This document shows positions 17,786-28,418 of a DNA stretch of 64,000 nucleotides, piece after piece. The DNA is from Chitinophagales bacterium (GTDB lineage Bacteria; Bacteroidota; Bacteroidia; Chitinophagales; LD1). The notes under the pieces are model-generated. The model ran no database searches, was not told the origin of the DNA, and saw only the letters and a list, made by a program, of their open reading frames with translations. Positions within the stretch are counted from its first letter, which is position 1; the number at the start of each line of letters is the position of its first letter. A program made the translations under genes and the position numbers. Location of the stretch: contig JAXLUN010000001.1 of assembly GCA_046329535.1 (NCBI GenBank), positions 66,856-130,855 of the forward strand, written 5' to 3'.

Positions 17786-18772
17786 ATGGAGTATCGCAGA
17801 TTGGGTAAATCAGGCTTACAGATAAGTGCTCTTTCTTTAGGCAGCTGGGTAACTTTCGGTTATCAGATAGAAGATTCCGTAGCTGAGCAATTGATGATAA
17901 AAGCTTATGAGGCCGGCATCAATTTTTTCGACAATGCCGAAGTATACGCGCATGGAAAGAGTGAAGTGGTAATGGGTAACATTCTGAAGAAAATGAATTG
18001 GGATCGCGATACTTGGATGGTCAGTTCAAAAGTTTTCTGGGGCCGTACGGCTAACCCACTACCCAACCAACGCGGACTGATGCGCAAGCACATCATAGAA
18101 GGCTGTCATGCGGCTCTCAGGCGTTTGCAGGTAGAATATCTGGATTTGTATTACTGCCATCGGCCGGATGTAAACACCCCCATTGAAGAAACTGTATGGA
18201 CCATGCATAACCTGGTTACACAGGGAAAGATTTTATACTGGGGCACCAGTGAATGGAACAGTCAGCAGATTACCGAAGCGCATTATTGGGCGGCTAAGCA
18301 CAGTCTGATAGGTCCGGTTGTAGAACAGCCTCAATACAACATGCTGCACCGCGACTTTATGGAGCGTGATTATCTGCCTTTGTTTGATAACTTTGGTATG
18401 GGTACAACTATTTGGAGTCCTTTAGCTTCAGGTTTGCTTACCGGCAAACATTTTCAAGAAAATACCAATGAGAAAACCCGCTTTGAATTGATGCAATGGT
18501 TAAAAGACCGCGTTTTGGGTGATGAAGCCAAAGTGGCTAAAGTAAAGGCATTGAATGAACTATCCAAAGAAGTGGGTATATCATTTACGCATCTGGCGCT
18601 TTGCTGGTGTTTAAAGAATAAGAATGTATCTTCTGTAATATTAGGTGCTTCCAAAGTTTCCCAACTGGATGAGAATCTGCAATGTTTCGACTCGTTACCT
18701 AAAGTAACGGATGAGGTGATGCGGAAAGCTGATGAAATACTCCAAAACAAACCGCAGGTGATTGTTTACTAG
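17786..18772 (+). CDS. Aldo/keto reductase (Kv-beta-subunit-like)
   Basis: MEYRRLGKSGLQISALSLGSWVTFG is the canonical AKR N-terminus. I trimmed the start to the ATG at 17786. Confidence 0.9.
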   Translation: MEYRRLGKSGLQISALSLGSWVTFGYQIEDSVAEQLMIKAYEAGINFFDNAEVYAHGKSEVVMGNILKKMNWDRDTWMVSSKVFWGRTANPLPNQRGLMRKHIIEGCHAALRRLQVEYLDLYYCHRPDVNTPIEETVWTMHNLVTQGKILYWGTSEWNSQQITEAHYWAAKHSLIGPVVEQPQYNMLHRDFMERDYLPLFDNFGMGTTIWSPLASGLLTGKHFQENTNEKTRFELMQWLKDRVLGDEAKVAKVKALNELSKEVGISFTHLALCWCLKNKNVSSVILGASKVSQLDENLQCFDSLPKVTDEVMRKADEILQNKPQVIVY

Positions 18773-18779
18773 ACCGCAG

Positions 18780-19823
18780 CTACAAATCTAAATATTCGGC
18801 ATCCGAACTCACATAATATCTCATCAGGAATTTGACAGCACGCTCAATCTCCATTTCTTCAAACATAACTTTGTAAATAGCTTGCAACAAGGGGGCGTTT
18901 GCACCAACATGATCAACTATCAGTTTACCAATTTTAAGTGTTCTTACTCCTTCTGCTACTTCTCCTAATGAGGCAAGGATATCGTCCAGTTTTTCTCCTT
19001 TCGCAATTCGATAGCCTACGGTGAAATTTCTTGATTTGGGTGAAGAGCAGGTGGCTATTAAATCACCTATTCCGGCCATGCCTAAAAAGGCGCGTTTGTC
19101 GGCACCTAGTGCTTTGCCTATATAAATCATTTCTGCCATTCCCCGGGTAATCAGTAAGGCTTTTACATTTTCGCCATAACCTAATCCGTTTAGAGCCCCA
19201 GCCGCTATTGCCACATAGTTCTTTAAAACACCTGCCAGTTCAATTCCAAGGATATCATGGGTGCCGTAGACCTGAAAACGGTCGCTTTTCAAAGCTTCAA
19301 TACCTTCACGGATAACCTCATCAAAGCGACTGGCAATAACTGTGGCAGCGGGTTGCTGCTCCATAATTTCCAGAGCCAGATTAGGTCCGGCCAGGCTACC
19401 TACCCGAACAATACCGGTTTCCTGTAAGATTAATTCACTCATTGTTTTAATATCCCTCAAGCGGATATTCTTTGCTTCGGCTGTTTCAATATCAAATTCG
19501 CAGTGCAGACCTTTAGTAGTGTGAATCATGATGTGGTCAGGTCGCAGATATGGCGAAAAGTCAATAATCATGTTTTTGAAGTGCTGTGAAGGAACTGCAG
19601 GAAACAGCAGATAACAGTTTTTTGCCACCTGCTCCAGCGACTCTGCCATATAGATGTTAGGATGCAATGCGTAGCCTCTTACGGTTTTATCGCGCTTAAT
19701 TTGTTCTCTTGCTTCCTCATCGCGTACATACATTAAAACCTGCTGGTTTTCGGCTAACAGATTAGCAATGGCTGAGCCGAAACTCCCGGCTCCTATAACT
19801 CCAACCACTTTAGTCTTTGACAT
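18780..19823 (-). CDS. gpsA: NAD(P)H-dependent glycerol-3-phosphate dehydrogenase
   Basis: An N-terminal Rossmann motif VIGAGSFGSAIA and overall GpsA-like length and layout. Confidence 0.8.
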   Translation of the reverse strand: MSKTKVVGVIGAGSFGSAIANLLAENQQVLMYVRDEEAREQIKRDKTVRGYALHPNIYMAESLEQVAKNCYLLFPAVPSQHFKNMIIDFSPYLRPDHIMIHTTKGLHCEFDIETAEAKNIRLRDIKTMSELILQETGIVRVGSLAGPNLALEIMEQQPAATVIASRFDEVIREGIEALKSDRFQVYGTHDILGIELAGVLKNYVAIAAGALNGLGYGENVKALLITRGMAEMIYIGKALGADKRAFLGMAGIGDLIATCSSPKSRNFTVGYRIAKGEKLDDILASLGEVAEGVRTLKIGKLIVDHVGANAPLLQAIYKVMFEEMEIERAVKFLMRYYVSSDAEYLDL

Positions 19824-19849
19824 GCAATTTGTTTTAATCTATTACTTGG

Positions 19850-21538
19850 TTATATCATGTTCTCCAATTTATAGCCCTCTAAACGGTTATGGTAATAGAA
19901 GAGTAGTTTCATATCTTCTGTGCCCATAAAATCTCCGTTTTTGGTAATTGTAGAAGCGGTATGATACATGTTAATGTTCTTCATGCCGTGGTCAATAATT
20001 TTTTCAATATTCCACCGTAGCTCAGGAGAAATGTGAACCTCACCGGCATCTGTAAGTAACTTTAACTTCTCTTTTACTCTGGAAACCGCTTCTGTATACT
20101 CGGTATAGGGTATTGCAATATCTTCAGAAGGAGTTCTCAGCAGCGTGAAAAGATCGTATGCTTTGTATCTGCGCTTAATCATTTCAAATAGTGTAAAGCA
20201 GATAAGGTGGCTGGTTAAAACCACATTATAGCGATAGTAATTATCTACAATCCGTTCACTAAGAAGTTTGGTGTATTCTCCGTCACGCTGTTCATCATCT
20301 TTTAGTTCGCCATTGGTGAGAAAGTAATTCTTGACATTGATTTTTTGCCCCAAATGGTTGTAGCTGTTTCCTTCATCATCTACTTTATTGCCTACTACAT
20401 CCATTACCTCTCCAAAAGAAACAGAGAGGGATGAGGAGGCAGAAAAGAACTTGAACATGAATCGAATCAGTTTAAATGATGTAGAGTATTCGTCATTCTC
20501 TTTGTAGTAGCGTTCTTTACCTGTCTCTTTCAAGTAGTCATTAATAAGACCCGGAGCTTCGAGAACAAAGTGATAGTTGATAATGCAGGGAACTACATAG
20601 ATTTTAGGTGCGGTTTCTGAAGGAAAATTCTTGTAATGCAGTTTCTGCGCCTCAATGGCTGTACTCAACAAACCCAACTTCAGTTTCTTTTCCAAATGTC
20701 CCGATCTTGAGCGGGTACCCCCTGGAAAAAATATGCTATGAGCTCCTCGTTGAATAGCTACTGTTGAGTATGTTTTGAGGGTTTCCAGATAGACCGTGTT
20801 CTTTTTTCTTCTGTCAACTTTGTAAGCTCCCAGCCGGCCCATAAAATAGGAGAGGAGACCAATGCTAAAAAGATTTAGACCTGCACCATAAGTAAATGCG
20901 GGGAGTCCCATTTCATTTAATATCCAACCTACCATGATTGAATCCATGTTACTGAAATGGGTAGGTACAACGATTACTGTTCCTTTAGAGGATAAGTGCC
21001 TGATCTTTTCAATATCACCAGTTATAGGTATCTTTTCGTGGATGGTACGAACGTTACGGGCAACCGTCTTTAGCCATTTACCGGGAGCGGCACTTAAAAC
21101 GCGGCCAAAAAACTGAGGTAATATAGCTCTGGCCATGCCAAACGCTCCGGGGTCGAATTCGCCTAATATTTCATTAGCATAACGGTCAATAATCTCATCG
21201 AGCAATTCTTCCTCATTCAGCAAGGAATTATCTTCAGCCTGCTCAATCTTAATGAGTTTACTTTTAATCTTATTCCAGAATTGCTGCTCATCTTTAGGGT
21301 CAGCTTTCCATGGCTTTTCTGTAAGCCGAACTCTTTCCTGATATAATACTTTAGCTAACTCACTTCGTAATGCTTTCTCCGTAGCAAAGCGCTCTTTTAT
21401 TTTCAGCTTGACCTTTGCTTTTACTTCTGCTATAAAGTCTTCTTTGTGCTCGGTTAGTTTGTATATGGGCCATTGCTTCAAATCTTCAATAACATAAGGC
21501 AATGGATAGTCTGAAGGTTTGTATTCTCGTCCGCTCAT
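19850..21538 (-). CDS. Large glycerolipid acyltransferase (PlsB/PlsC superfamily, HX4D)
   Basis: 562 aa. The HX4D motif reads THFSNMDS, and FPGGTRSRSG is the downstream acyltransferase block. It sits immediately upstream of gpsA on the same strand. Confidence 0.7.
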   Translation of the reverse strand: MSGREYKPSDYPLPYVIEDLKQWPIYKLTEHKEDFIAEVKAKVKLKIKERFATEKALRSELAKVLYQERVRLTEKPWKADPKDEQQFWNKIKSKLIKIEQAEDNSLLNEEELLDEIIDRYANEILGEFDPGAFGMARAILPQFFGRVLSAAPGKWLKTVARNVRTIHEKIPITGDIEKIRHLSSKGTVIVVPTHFSNMDSIMVGWILNEMGLPAFTYGAGLNLFSIGLLSYFMGRLGAYKVDRRKKNTVYLETLKTYSTVAIQRGAHSIFFPGGTRSRSGHLEKKLKLGLLSTAIEAQKLHYKNFPSETAPKIYVVPCIINYHFVLEAPGLINDYLKETGKERYYKENDEYSTSFKLIRFMFKFFSASSSLSVSFGEVMDVVGNKVDDEGNSYNHLGQKINVKNYFLTNGELKDDEQRDGEYTKLLSERIVDNYYRYNVVLTSHLICFTLFEMIKRRYKAYDLFTLLRTPSEDIAIPYTEYTEAVSRVKEKLKLLTDAGEVHISPELRWNIEKIIDHGMKNINMYHTASTITKNGDFMGTEDMKLLFYYHNRLEGYKLENMI

Positions 21539-21593
21539 AATTCAATACTATGTAAAGTCTAAAATAGGAGAAATTCTTTCAGTCTCTTACATC

Positions 21594-22304
21594 TTACTTG
21601 AAGATGTTTATCCGGTATCGATGGCCGGCAGAGTTATCTCCACTGTAATATTCCAATAATATTTTTCGTAATACAGTATCGTAATTGCAACTGTTGTAAG
21701 GTGAAATGAGTAAGCCATCATTTCCAAAGTGAAATGGATTGTTGTCCGGGTGTGGTGGCATATCGGTTAAAGATCCTAGAGCACTGCATTGTACTTTTAT
21801 CTTTTCTGGACTAACTTTTGAGATAGTTACCGGTGTGTCATAAGTTGTATCGACCCAAATGGAATTTGACATGTCCCAAAGCTGATAATGCAACGAAGCA
21901 GATGCAAACGTTCCGCAAATACTGTCGCGCGTGTCAATAATATTAAAGGACCGAACGTCAGAAAAAATTGTGCTGCCTGCATACGGATCGGCATAAACAC
22001 GCCAGTAGTATTTTTTGCCCAGTTCAAGCAGATCTGGTCTGGATATGACAACAAACCCTGTATCGCATAGTGTATCCAGTAATACCTGAGTAAAGGCATT
22101 ATCGTTTGCTATCTGAAGGTTATTGCTGTATAAGTCAAAATGCTGCCATTGAAACGAGATACTATGTTGGTATTGATACGAATTATCTGCAGGAAGTTCT
22201 ACTACAAGCAGATTTGCAAAGTATGGATTTTCATCTTTACATCCGTTGATAGAAAGTAGCAGAGTAAAGATCAAAAGGGAGCAAAGTTTAAAGGATAATC
22301 TCAT
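21594..22304 (-). CDS. Hypothetical lipoprotein
   Basis: Signal peptide with lipobox LLSINGC. No family recognised. Confidence 0.6.
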   Translation of the reverse strand: MRLSFKLCSLLIFTLLLSINGCKDENPYFANLLVVELPADNSYQYQHSISFQWQHFDLYSNNLQIANDNAFTQVLLDTLCDTGFVVISRPDLLELGKKYYWRVYADPYAGSTIFSDVRSFNIIDTRDSICGTFASASLHYQLWDMSNSIWVDTTYDTPVTISKVSPEKIKVQCSALGSLTDMPPHPDNNPFHFGNDGLLISPYNSCNYDTVLRKILLEYYSGDNSAGHRYRINIFK

Positions 22305-22322
22305 GTTAATTCTAGTGCTTAA

Positions 22323-22724
22323 TCATTTAATGAGGTATCCGGTTGCCCAAAAAGTAAATAAAGATACGCTACCGGTGAGTATGGTTCCCCAAATAATATC
22401 GACAACTACAATAAACAACGGCCATTTTTCGATAGTTGCCATATTCGTCAGGTCGTAAGTGGCATAGCAGAGCATGCCTAATACAGCCCCATTGAGTAGT
22501 GCGGTTTGCCAACTTGAGTTGACGGTAGCCGGATGAATAGCGAAGAACAAAATCCCTCCAATGTATATCAGGTAGAAAATGATAGCTGCAGCCCAGTTTA
22601 CATTCGGGCTTAGTATAAAACCTAACTTATCACGATATAACCCTTTGGCAATAAAGCCTAGCCAAATCATGTCAATTGCAAAGAATATAATTGTGGCCAG
22701 CAGATAGGTAACAACCAATTTCAT
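22323..22724 (-). CDS. DUF2177-like small membrane protein
   Basis: Four TM segments and an N-terminal pattern FFAIDMIWLGFIAKGLY. Confidence 0.6.
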   Translation of the reverse strand: MKLVVTYLLATIIFFAIDMIWLGFIAKGLYRDKLGFILSPNVNWAAAIIFYLIYIGGILFFAIHPATVNSSWQTALLNGAVLGMLCYATYDLTNMATIEKWPLFIVVVDIIWGTILTGSVSLFTFWATGYLIK

Positions 22725-22835
22725 GTTACGAGGTTAAATAAAAAAATACTACATAAAGAATAGTCGGTCTTATAATTACTAACTTCCAATAACCATTTAT
22801 TGTTATTTTACGTTTAATTACATCAGATATACTTG

Positions 22836-23564
22836 ATGAATACTCAGATTATAACCTCTTTTTTGTTGTTTTTGTTTCTACTCGGTAGTGAACTCTATGC
22901 GCAGAAGATAAACGGGGAAATTTTTATTCCCATCAGCAACCGGAGTGAAATCTGGTTGAAACCCAAGATTGATACTTTGGATAATCTGAATGAGTATGAA
23001 TTTAAAATCAGAGTATCACCGGAGTATAAAATTTCACAGTTCTTGTTTGAGAAGGGATTAGCGACACAAAATGATAGTGTGTTAGTAATTAAGCCTAACA
23101 GCAATAAGTATGGTGCTATTGATACAGCAACTCTTCGAGTTATAGTGATGAGTACTTCCGGTTCTAGAATTATGTTGTTTCAAAAGCAATTTTTAATCAA
23201 AGTGCCGGAAAAGATGTTTCCTGTAATTACCAATCCCAAGGTGAACCTTATTAAGCTCAATGATAAACTCATGCTGGAGCGCAACAGACCATATCCTAAA
23301 AATCTGTTCACTGATAAGCAGGCATTTATCAGTATGTATAACAATGAAGTGGAAATGAAGCGCATTGATGTTAAATCAGTAACCATCGCTCTATACGAAA
23401 AGGAAGGCAAAAATTATGTTTCTGAAGGTGATACCATTAGCAGTGATGCTATGCGTGAGTTAAAGAAGATAAAAGATCCTACCCCTGTTTTTATCAAGGT
23501 AGATGGCATTCTTGGTAAAAGCAAAAAGAGTGTTTGGAATCGCTTTATTCTCTACACGGAGTAA
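22836..23564 (+). CDS. Hypothetical secreted protein
   Basis: Signal peptide MNTQIITSFLLFLFLLGSELYAQ. The start is the ATG at 22836 (the track start at 22833 is TTG). Its 3' end overlaps the convergent gene by 13 nt. Confidence 0.6.
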   Translation: MNTQIITSFLLFLFLLGSELYAQKINGEIFIPISNRSEIWLKPKIDTLDNLNEYEFKIRVSPEYKISQFLFEKGLATQNDSVLVIKPNSNKYGAIDTATLRVIVMSTSGSRIMLFQKQFLIKVPEKMFPVITNPKVNLIKLNDKLMLERNRPYPKNLFTDKQAFISMYNNEVEMKRIDVKSVTIALYEKEGKNYVSEGDTISSDAMRELKKIKDPTPVFIKVDGILGKSKKSVWNRFILYTE

Positions 23565-24358
23565 ATCCCCATTTTTTTTCTGAGTTCGTGTAGGTAATTA
23601 ACAGTTAGTTTTAGTCTGCTGCCATACCAGCTGAACATTTCTCCATCTACCAGCAGTACTTTTGAATCGGGACAAATGCTTTTAAACTCATCTATATGTT
23701 GTTTCGTAAAACGGTAAGGTTCTGACGAAAGGAAAATAAATTGAGGTTTCATCATACTTAATTCTTCCATAGTAATTTCAGGATAACGGGATCGGTGGCC
23801 GAAAATATTTTCAACTCCCAAATAACTCATCAGTTCATTAATAAATGTATCGCTTCCGGCTATCATGTAGGGTTTCCTCCATATCAGATAAGCCGCTGTG
23901 GGGAAAACAAAATTCTTATTCACCAATTCATCAAAACCTTTTGTAATCGTGTTTGTTAACTGCTCTCCGGTAGTTTCATGGTTGACAATGCGCGATACTT
24001 CACGCATCATGCCACAGGCATCTTCGATTGTACGTATATCACTCATCCAAACCGGGAAGTGTTTTTGCAATTCTTCTATCTGAGTCTGTTCGTTTTCTTC
24101 TTTGTTCCCGATAATTAGTTCGGGCTGCAGTTCAAATATTTTTTCAAGATGCAACTGCTTAGTGCCTCCAATAATTGTTTTGGTCTTTACTTTATCAATC
24201 GGGTGAATGCAAAATCTGGTAATGCCTGTTATCTCCTGATTTAATCCGATGTCGAAAAGAAATTCAGTTTGTGAAGGAACTAGGGAAACTATTCGTTTAG
24301 GAGGAAAGTTAATCTCATGTTTTTTGCCAAGCTGATCAGTAGAGTGAATCAAATTCAT
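23552..24358 (-). CDS. BtuF/TroA-like helical-backbone (cobalamin/siderophore-type) binding protein
   Basis: RIVSLVPSQTEFLFDIGL...IGGTK...PELIIGNKEEN is typical of the class III periplasmic binding fold. No obvious signal peptide. Confidence 0.65.
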   Translation of the reverse strand: MNLIHSTDQLGKKHEINFPPKRIVSLVPSQTEFLFDIGLNQEITGITRFCIHPIDKVKTKTIIGGTKQLHLEKIFELQPELIIGNKEENEQTQIEELQKHFPVWMSDIRTIEDACGMMREVSRIVNHETTGEQLTNTITKGFDELVNKNFVFPTAAYLIWRKPYMIAGSDTFINELMSYLGVENIFGHRSRYPEITMEELSMMKPQFIFLSSEPYRFTKQHIDEFKSICPDSKVLLVDGEMFSWYGSRLKLTVNYLHELRKKMGIYSV

Positions 24359-24377
24359 ATTTATGAAGTTGATTCAC

Positions 24378-25739
24378 TTAGGCCATTGCCTCTATCAAGT
24401 CAAACTCGGTCACAATATGTACTAGCCCGGAATTTGCTTTAACCAATACGGCTGTATTATCTTTAGAGATCTGCTTTGAAATATCTGCTGCGGTGGCGTT
24501 AAGGGAAACAAACGGGAAAGGCCTGCTCATTATCTTGCCAACTTCGTTGTCGCGATGATACGGATTGTCCATCAACAACTGCAAAATACTGTGCTCGGTA
24601 ATGCTGCCAATATTATTATCGCCTTCCATCACCGGTAATTGAGTCAGGTTTAACTCTTTCATTTTCTTAAATGCCGATGCTACGGTTTCAGTTGGCGAGG
24701 CAAATACCAATTCCGTAATCTTCTTTCTGTCCAAAATAGTTTTTGCTGTTACCACCTCTTCTGTTAGAAATCCGCGTTCGCGCATCCAGTCATCGTTATA
24801 TACTTTGCCCATATAGCGGCTGCCATGGTCGTGAAGAATAACTACAACAACATCATCTTTTTCGAATCGGTCTTTGAGCTGTAACAATCCCTGCATAACC
24901 GTTCCTGCACTATAGCCGCAGAAAAGTCCTTCTTCCCGAGCTAACCTGCGGGCCATAACAGCTCCGTCTTTATCCGTAACCTGTTCAATGTGGTCAATAT
25001 ATTTCATGTCATAGTTAGCCGGAACAAAATCTTCTCCAATACCTTCTGTAGTATAGGGATAAACCTCGCTCATATCCAGTTCCCCGGTATCATGAAATTT
25101 TTTAAGTAGAGAACCATATACATCTATACCCAATACCTGAATATTGGGGTTCTTTTCTTTCAAATACATAGCTGTTCCCATAACGGTACCTCCGGTTCCT
25201 ATAGTTGTGACATAATGTGTGACTTTGCCTTCTGTTTGTTCCCATATCTCAGGTCCTGTACTTTCATAGTGTGCTGCACGGTTGCTCAGGTTATCGTACT
25301 GATTCATGTGGAGTGAATTCGGAATTTCTACAGAGAGCCTTTTAGCTACGGAGTAGTAGGAGCGAGGATCTTCGGGCTCCACATTGGTAGGACAAACAAT
25401 AACTTCTGCACCTAACGCACGAAGAATATCCAATTTAGATTTCGATTGTTTATCGGTAGTCGTAAAAATGCATTTGTATCCACGAATAATGGAGGCCATG
25501 GCTAATCCCATTCCGGTATTGCCTGATGTACACTCTATGATAGTGCCACCGGGTTTTAGTTTGCCGCCCTTTTCAGCGTCTAAAATCATTTTAATGCCGA
25601 TTCGATCTTTAATAGAGTTACCCGGATTAAAGTACTCTACCTTGGCCAGAAATAAGCCGGGAATATCTTTTGTAATTTTATTCAGTTTAACCAGCGGTGT
25701 ATTGCCAATGGTTTCTACAATATTGTTGAAGTATTTCAT
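24378..25739 (-). CDS. Cystathionine beta-synthase-like PLP enzyme with a C-terminal CBS-domain pair
   Basis: An N-terminal CysK/CBS fold (IGNTPLVKL, NPGNSIKDR, GNTG) is followed by a ~120-aa tandem CBS region. Confidence 0.85.
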   Translation of the reverse strand: MKYFNNIVETIGNTPLVKLNKITKDIPGLFLAKVEYFNPGNSIKDRIGIKMILDAEKGGKLKPGGTIIECTSGNTGMGLAMASIIRGYKCIFTTTDKQSKSKLDILRALGAEVIVCPTNVEPEDPRSYYSVAKRLSVEIPNSLHMNQYDNLSNRAAHYESTGPEIWEQTEGKVTHYVTTIGTGGTVMGTAMYLKEKNPNIQVLGIDVYGSLLKKFHDTGELDMSEVYPYTTEGIGEDFVPANYDMKYIDHIEQVTDKDGAVMARRLAREEGLFCGYSAGTVMQGLLQLKDRFEKDDVVVVILHDHGSRYMGKVYNDDWMRERGFLTEEVVTAKTILDRKKITELVFASPTETVASAFKKMKELNLTQLPVMEGDNNIGSITEHSILQLLMDNPYHRDNEVGKIMSRPFPFVSLNATAADISKQISKDNTAVLVKANSGLVHIVTEFDLIEAMA

Positions 25740-25756
25740 GTGGATAGGTTACGTAT

Positions 25757-26269
25757 TTATCTGTCTCCTTCAATTCTTGCCTGCAGTTTTTCTACAAATA
25801 CTAACGTGGCAGGACAGTATGTAAGGTTGTTCTGGAAGGTTTTTTCTTTTACCTGATAACGGAAGTCTTTACGTATAAAATGGGGGAACATAGCACAGTC
25901 ATCCGGACGAATATCATAGATGGTACATTTGTGATTTTTACCCAAAAACTGACAAGGAGTACTTTTATTGATGATATCTTTATTCTCATCCACTTTCAGA
26001 TACTTCTCATAGTATTCCTGATAGGTCATTTTAAGATGTGCGGCAATTCGATTAATGTCTTTCCTGGTATAGGTTGGAGTCATCTTTTTACAGCAGTTAG
26101 CACAATCTAAACAGGCTACTTCTTCCCAAACTTCTTTATCTACTTCTGCTACTGTTTTCAGAATCGGTCCTGTTGATTTGGCTAATCTTCTTAAAAACTT
26201 TGTCAGATCCTTCTTTTTACGATAGGCTCTGCGGGTGTAGGTAGTTACCTTAAATTTTAATTTTGACAT
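25757..26269 (-). CDS. YkgJ-family (UPF0153) cysteine-cluster protein
   Basis: CLDCANCC plus a downstream C..C motif. Confidence 0.7.
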   Translation of the reverse strand: MSKLKFKVTTYTRRAYRKKKDLTKFLRRLAKSTGPILKTVAEVDKEVWEEVACLDCANCCKKMTPTYTRKDINRIAAHLKMTYQEYYEKYLKVDENKDIINKSTPCQFLGKNHKCTIYDIRPDDCAMFPHFIRKDFRYQVKEKTFQNNLTYCPATLVFVEKLQARIEGDR

Positions 26270-26343
26270 GCTTTTAAAAAATATGTGCCGAAAATAAGTT
26301 TTTGAGGTATCTCTGCAACAAACGGATGTTGATAGCAGCTGGG

Positions 26344-28359
26344 TTATTCTTTCTTAGGATCAACCAGGATGTTTTCTGGCTCAGTCGATTCTAAATTCAA
26401 CTTAGCCGAGATAACACGGAAGGTGGTACGTCTGTTCTTCTGATGTTCTTCTTCGGTACAGTTCACTCCATTGCCGCAGCTGTTTACCAATCTGGTTTCG
26501 CCATATCCTTTAGCTACCAGTTTTTCAGAAGCTATACCTTTGGAGATAAAATAATCCACCACACTTTGTGCCCGCAATTGTGATAGTTTCTGATTGTAAC
26601 TATCGCTGCCACGGCTATCGGTATGCGAACCTATTTCAATTGTCAGATCCGGATTCTCTTTAAAAAATATCATGATTGAATCCAATACCAACTTAGATTC
26701 GGGGCGGAGAGTAGCTTTGTCATAATCATAATAAATGTTAGGAATCGCAATCATCTTCTGGGTAAAAATCTTCTCCAGTTCTACCTGCGTGTAGATGTTT
26801 ATCAAAGTAGAGTCCTGATGCCGCTTACCTTTAGTGGAGACAGTTGTGTTGTTGCTGAAATAGCCACTCTTGCCGGCTGTTATTTTATAATCCGATTCAG
26901 CGTCCAGTTTGAATATGAAATTGCCGGCTGTATCGGAAATCCCTGTAGCAATAACTCTATCATCAGTTGCTTTCAATTCAACTTTAGCTTTTGGAAGATT
27001 CTTTAACCCTAACACTTTGCTCTCCGGATTTTCGGGGTTTTCAAAATTCTTTTCTACCACTTTACCGCGTAGCACAAAGATGTTTATCCACTTTTCTTCA
27101 AAACGATAGATGTCATCACTACCTTTTCCTCCCCTGCGATTTGACGAGAAGTAGCCTGAATAGAGAATTGTATCATCACTATTCAATGGTTTGTATTTAT
27201 CAATGTGAAAGGCAAAGTCATCGGCACCGCTGTTAATAGGGGCTTTTATATTGATTGGGTCTTTGTAACCGCCTTTTGTTCTTGATGCCCGGAATATATC
27301 CAAACCACCCATACCGGGTAATCCGTTGGAAGATAAATAGAGGTTACCGGAATTATCCAGCCAAGGGAAACGTTCACTACCGGGCGTATTGATTGCTCCC
27401 CCTAGGTTTTGCGGAGCACTCCATCCGGTATCGGCTTTTGTGAAAAGGAAAAGATCGGTGCCTCCAAAACCTGGTGCGTCTGACGACACAAACAGTAGTT
27501 TACCATCTCTTGATATATAAGGGTCATAGACGTTGAGTGTATCGGCAAACAAGTCTAATCTAACCGGCTCACTCCAATGCTCATTGTTATAAGCGCTGTA
27601 GTAAACATGACAATACTGATTGGTCTTTTGCGGGTCGGCTGTGCAACGCACAAAATACATCTCTTTTAAATCTTTGCTGAACGAAGCGGAACTTTCATGT
27701 GCTGTTGTATTGGCCGGAGTACCAAAGTTCGATGGATAGGAAAATGCTCCGTCTTTTAAATCTGTGGTAAACAGGTCACTGAATTTTTCTCCTGTCCACC
27801 CATCACGATTACTACCCATTGCTTCATCACGCGCAGAAGTAAATACAAACTGGTTGTTCCTAAAAGGTTCAAACTGATAGTCGGAGTTACTGGTGTTAAT
27901 GGCCAGTAGATTTTTGATCTGAATTTTAGTGAATGCTTTTTTCCACTCTATGGCATCGCGGCATTGGTTAGATTGCTTTCGCCCTTCGAAGCCCCCTGAA
28001 GATATTCGCTGAAACTGTTCAAACGTTTTAATGGCATCTTCATATTTTTCTTGTTGCTTAAGCATTAAACCAAGTTTAAACAAAGATTGCTCTCCGCCAT
28101 TTAGCACCAGTGATTGGCGGTACCACTTCTCGGCATTCGCATAATCATTAAACCGGGCATACGACTCACCAAGTAAAAATGCTTTTGACTGTTGTTTAAT
28201 CGGATCTTTCTCCTCGTTAAACTCTTTGGTCAAGAAATCTATGCTCTGGTTAAAAAGCAATAACTCTTGAGCAGTTTTACCATCCTTTACCTGAAACGGA
28301 ACCGTTTTGCAAGCGCCTATGAAGAACAGCAGCGATATCAGAATAAAACAATTTTTCAA
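26344..28359 (-). CDS. OmpA-family lipoprotein with TPR and TolB-like beta-propeller regions
   Basis: Lipobox FFIGAC and TPR-like N-terminal repeats. The C-terminal OmpA domain reads NIYYDYDKATLRPES...SHTDSRGSDSYNQKLSQLRAQSV. TTG is the only plausible start. Confidence 0.85.
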   Translation of the reverse strand: MKNCFILISLLFFIGACKTVPFQVKDGKTAQELLLFNQSIDFLTKEFNEEKDPIKQQSKAFLLGESYARFNDYANAEKWYRQSLVLNGGEQSLFKLGLMLKQQEKYEDAIKTFEQFQRISSGGFEGRKQSNQCRDAIEWKKAFTKIQIKNLLAINTSNSDYQFEPFRNNQFVFTSARDEAMGSNRDGWTGEKFSDLFTTDLKDGAFSYPSNFGTPANTTAHESSASFSKDLKEMYFVRCTADPQKTNQYCHVYYSAYNNEHWSEPVRLDLFADTLNVYDPYISRDGKLLFVSSDAPGFGGTDLFLFTKADTGWSAPQNLGGAINTPGSERFPWLDNSGNLYLSSNGLPGMGGLDIFRASRTKGGYKDPINIKAPINSGADDFAFHIDKYKPLNSDDTILYSGYFSSNRRGGKGSDDIYRFEEKWINIFVLRGKVVEKNFENPENPESKVLGLKNLPKAKVELKATDDRVIATGISDTAGNFIFKLDAESDYKITAGKSGYFSNNTTVSTKGKRHQDSTLINIYTQVELEKIFTQKMIAIPNIYYDYDKATLRPESKLVLDSIMIFFKENPDLTIEIGSHTDSRGSDSYNQKLSQLRAQSVVDYFISKGIASEKLVAKGYGETRLVNSCGNGVNCTEEEHQKNRRTTFRVISAKLNLESTEPENILVDPKKE

Positions 28360-28418
28360 CGATTGGTATTTGATTTAAAAATAGAAATTTCCATAAGCCT
28401 GAGTAGCCGTTATCTTTA

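Noticed and set aside
25384-25824. A 146-aa plus-strand ORF overlapping the start of the CBS gene and the end of the YkgJ gene
   Set aside because: It is antisense to two well-supported genes and has a low-complexity hydrophobic composition with no recognisable motif.
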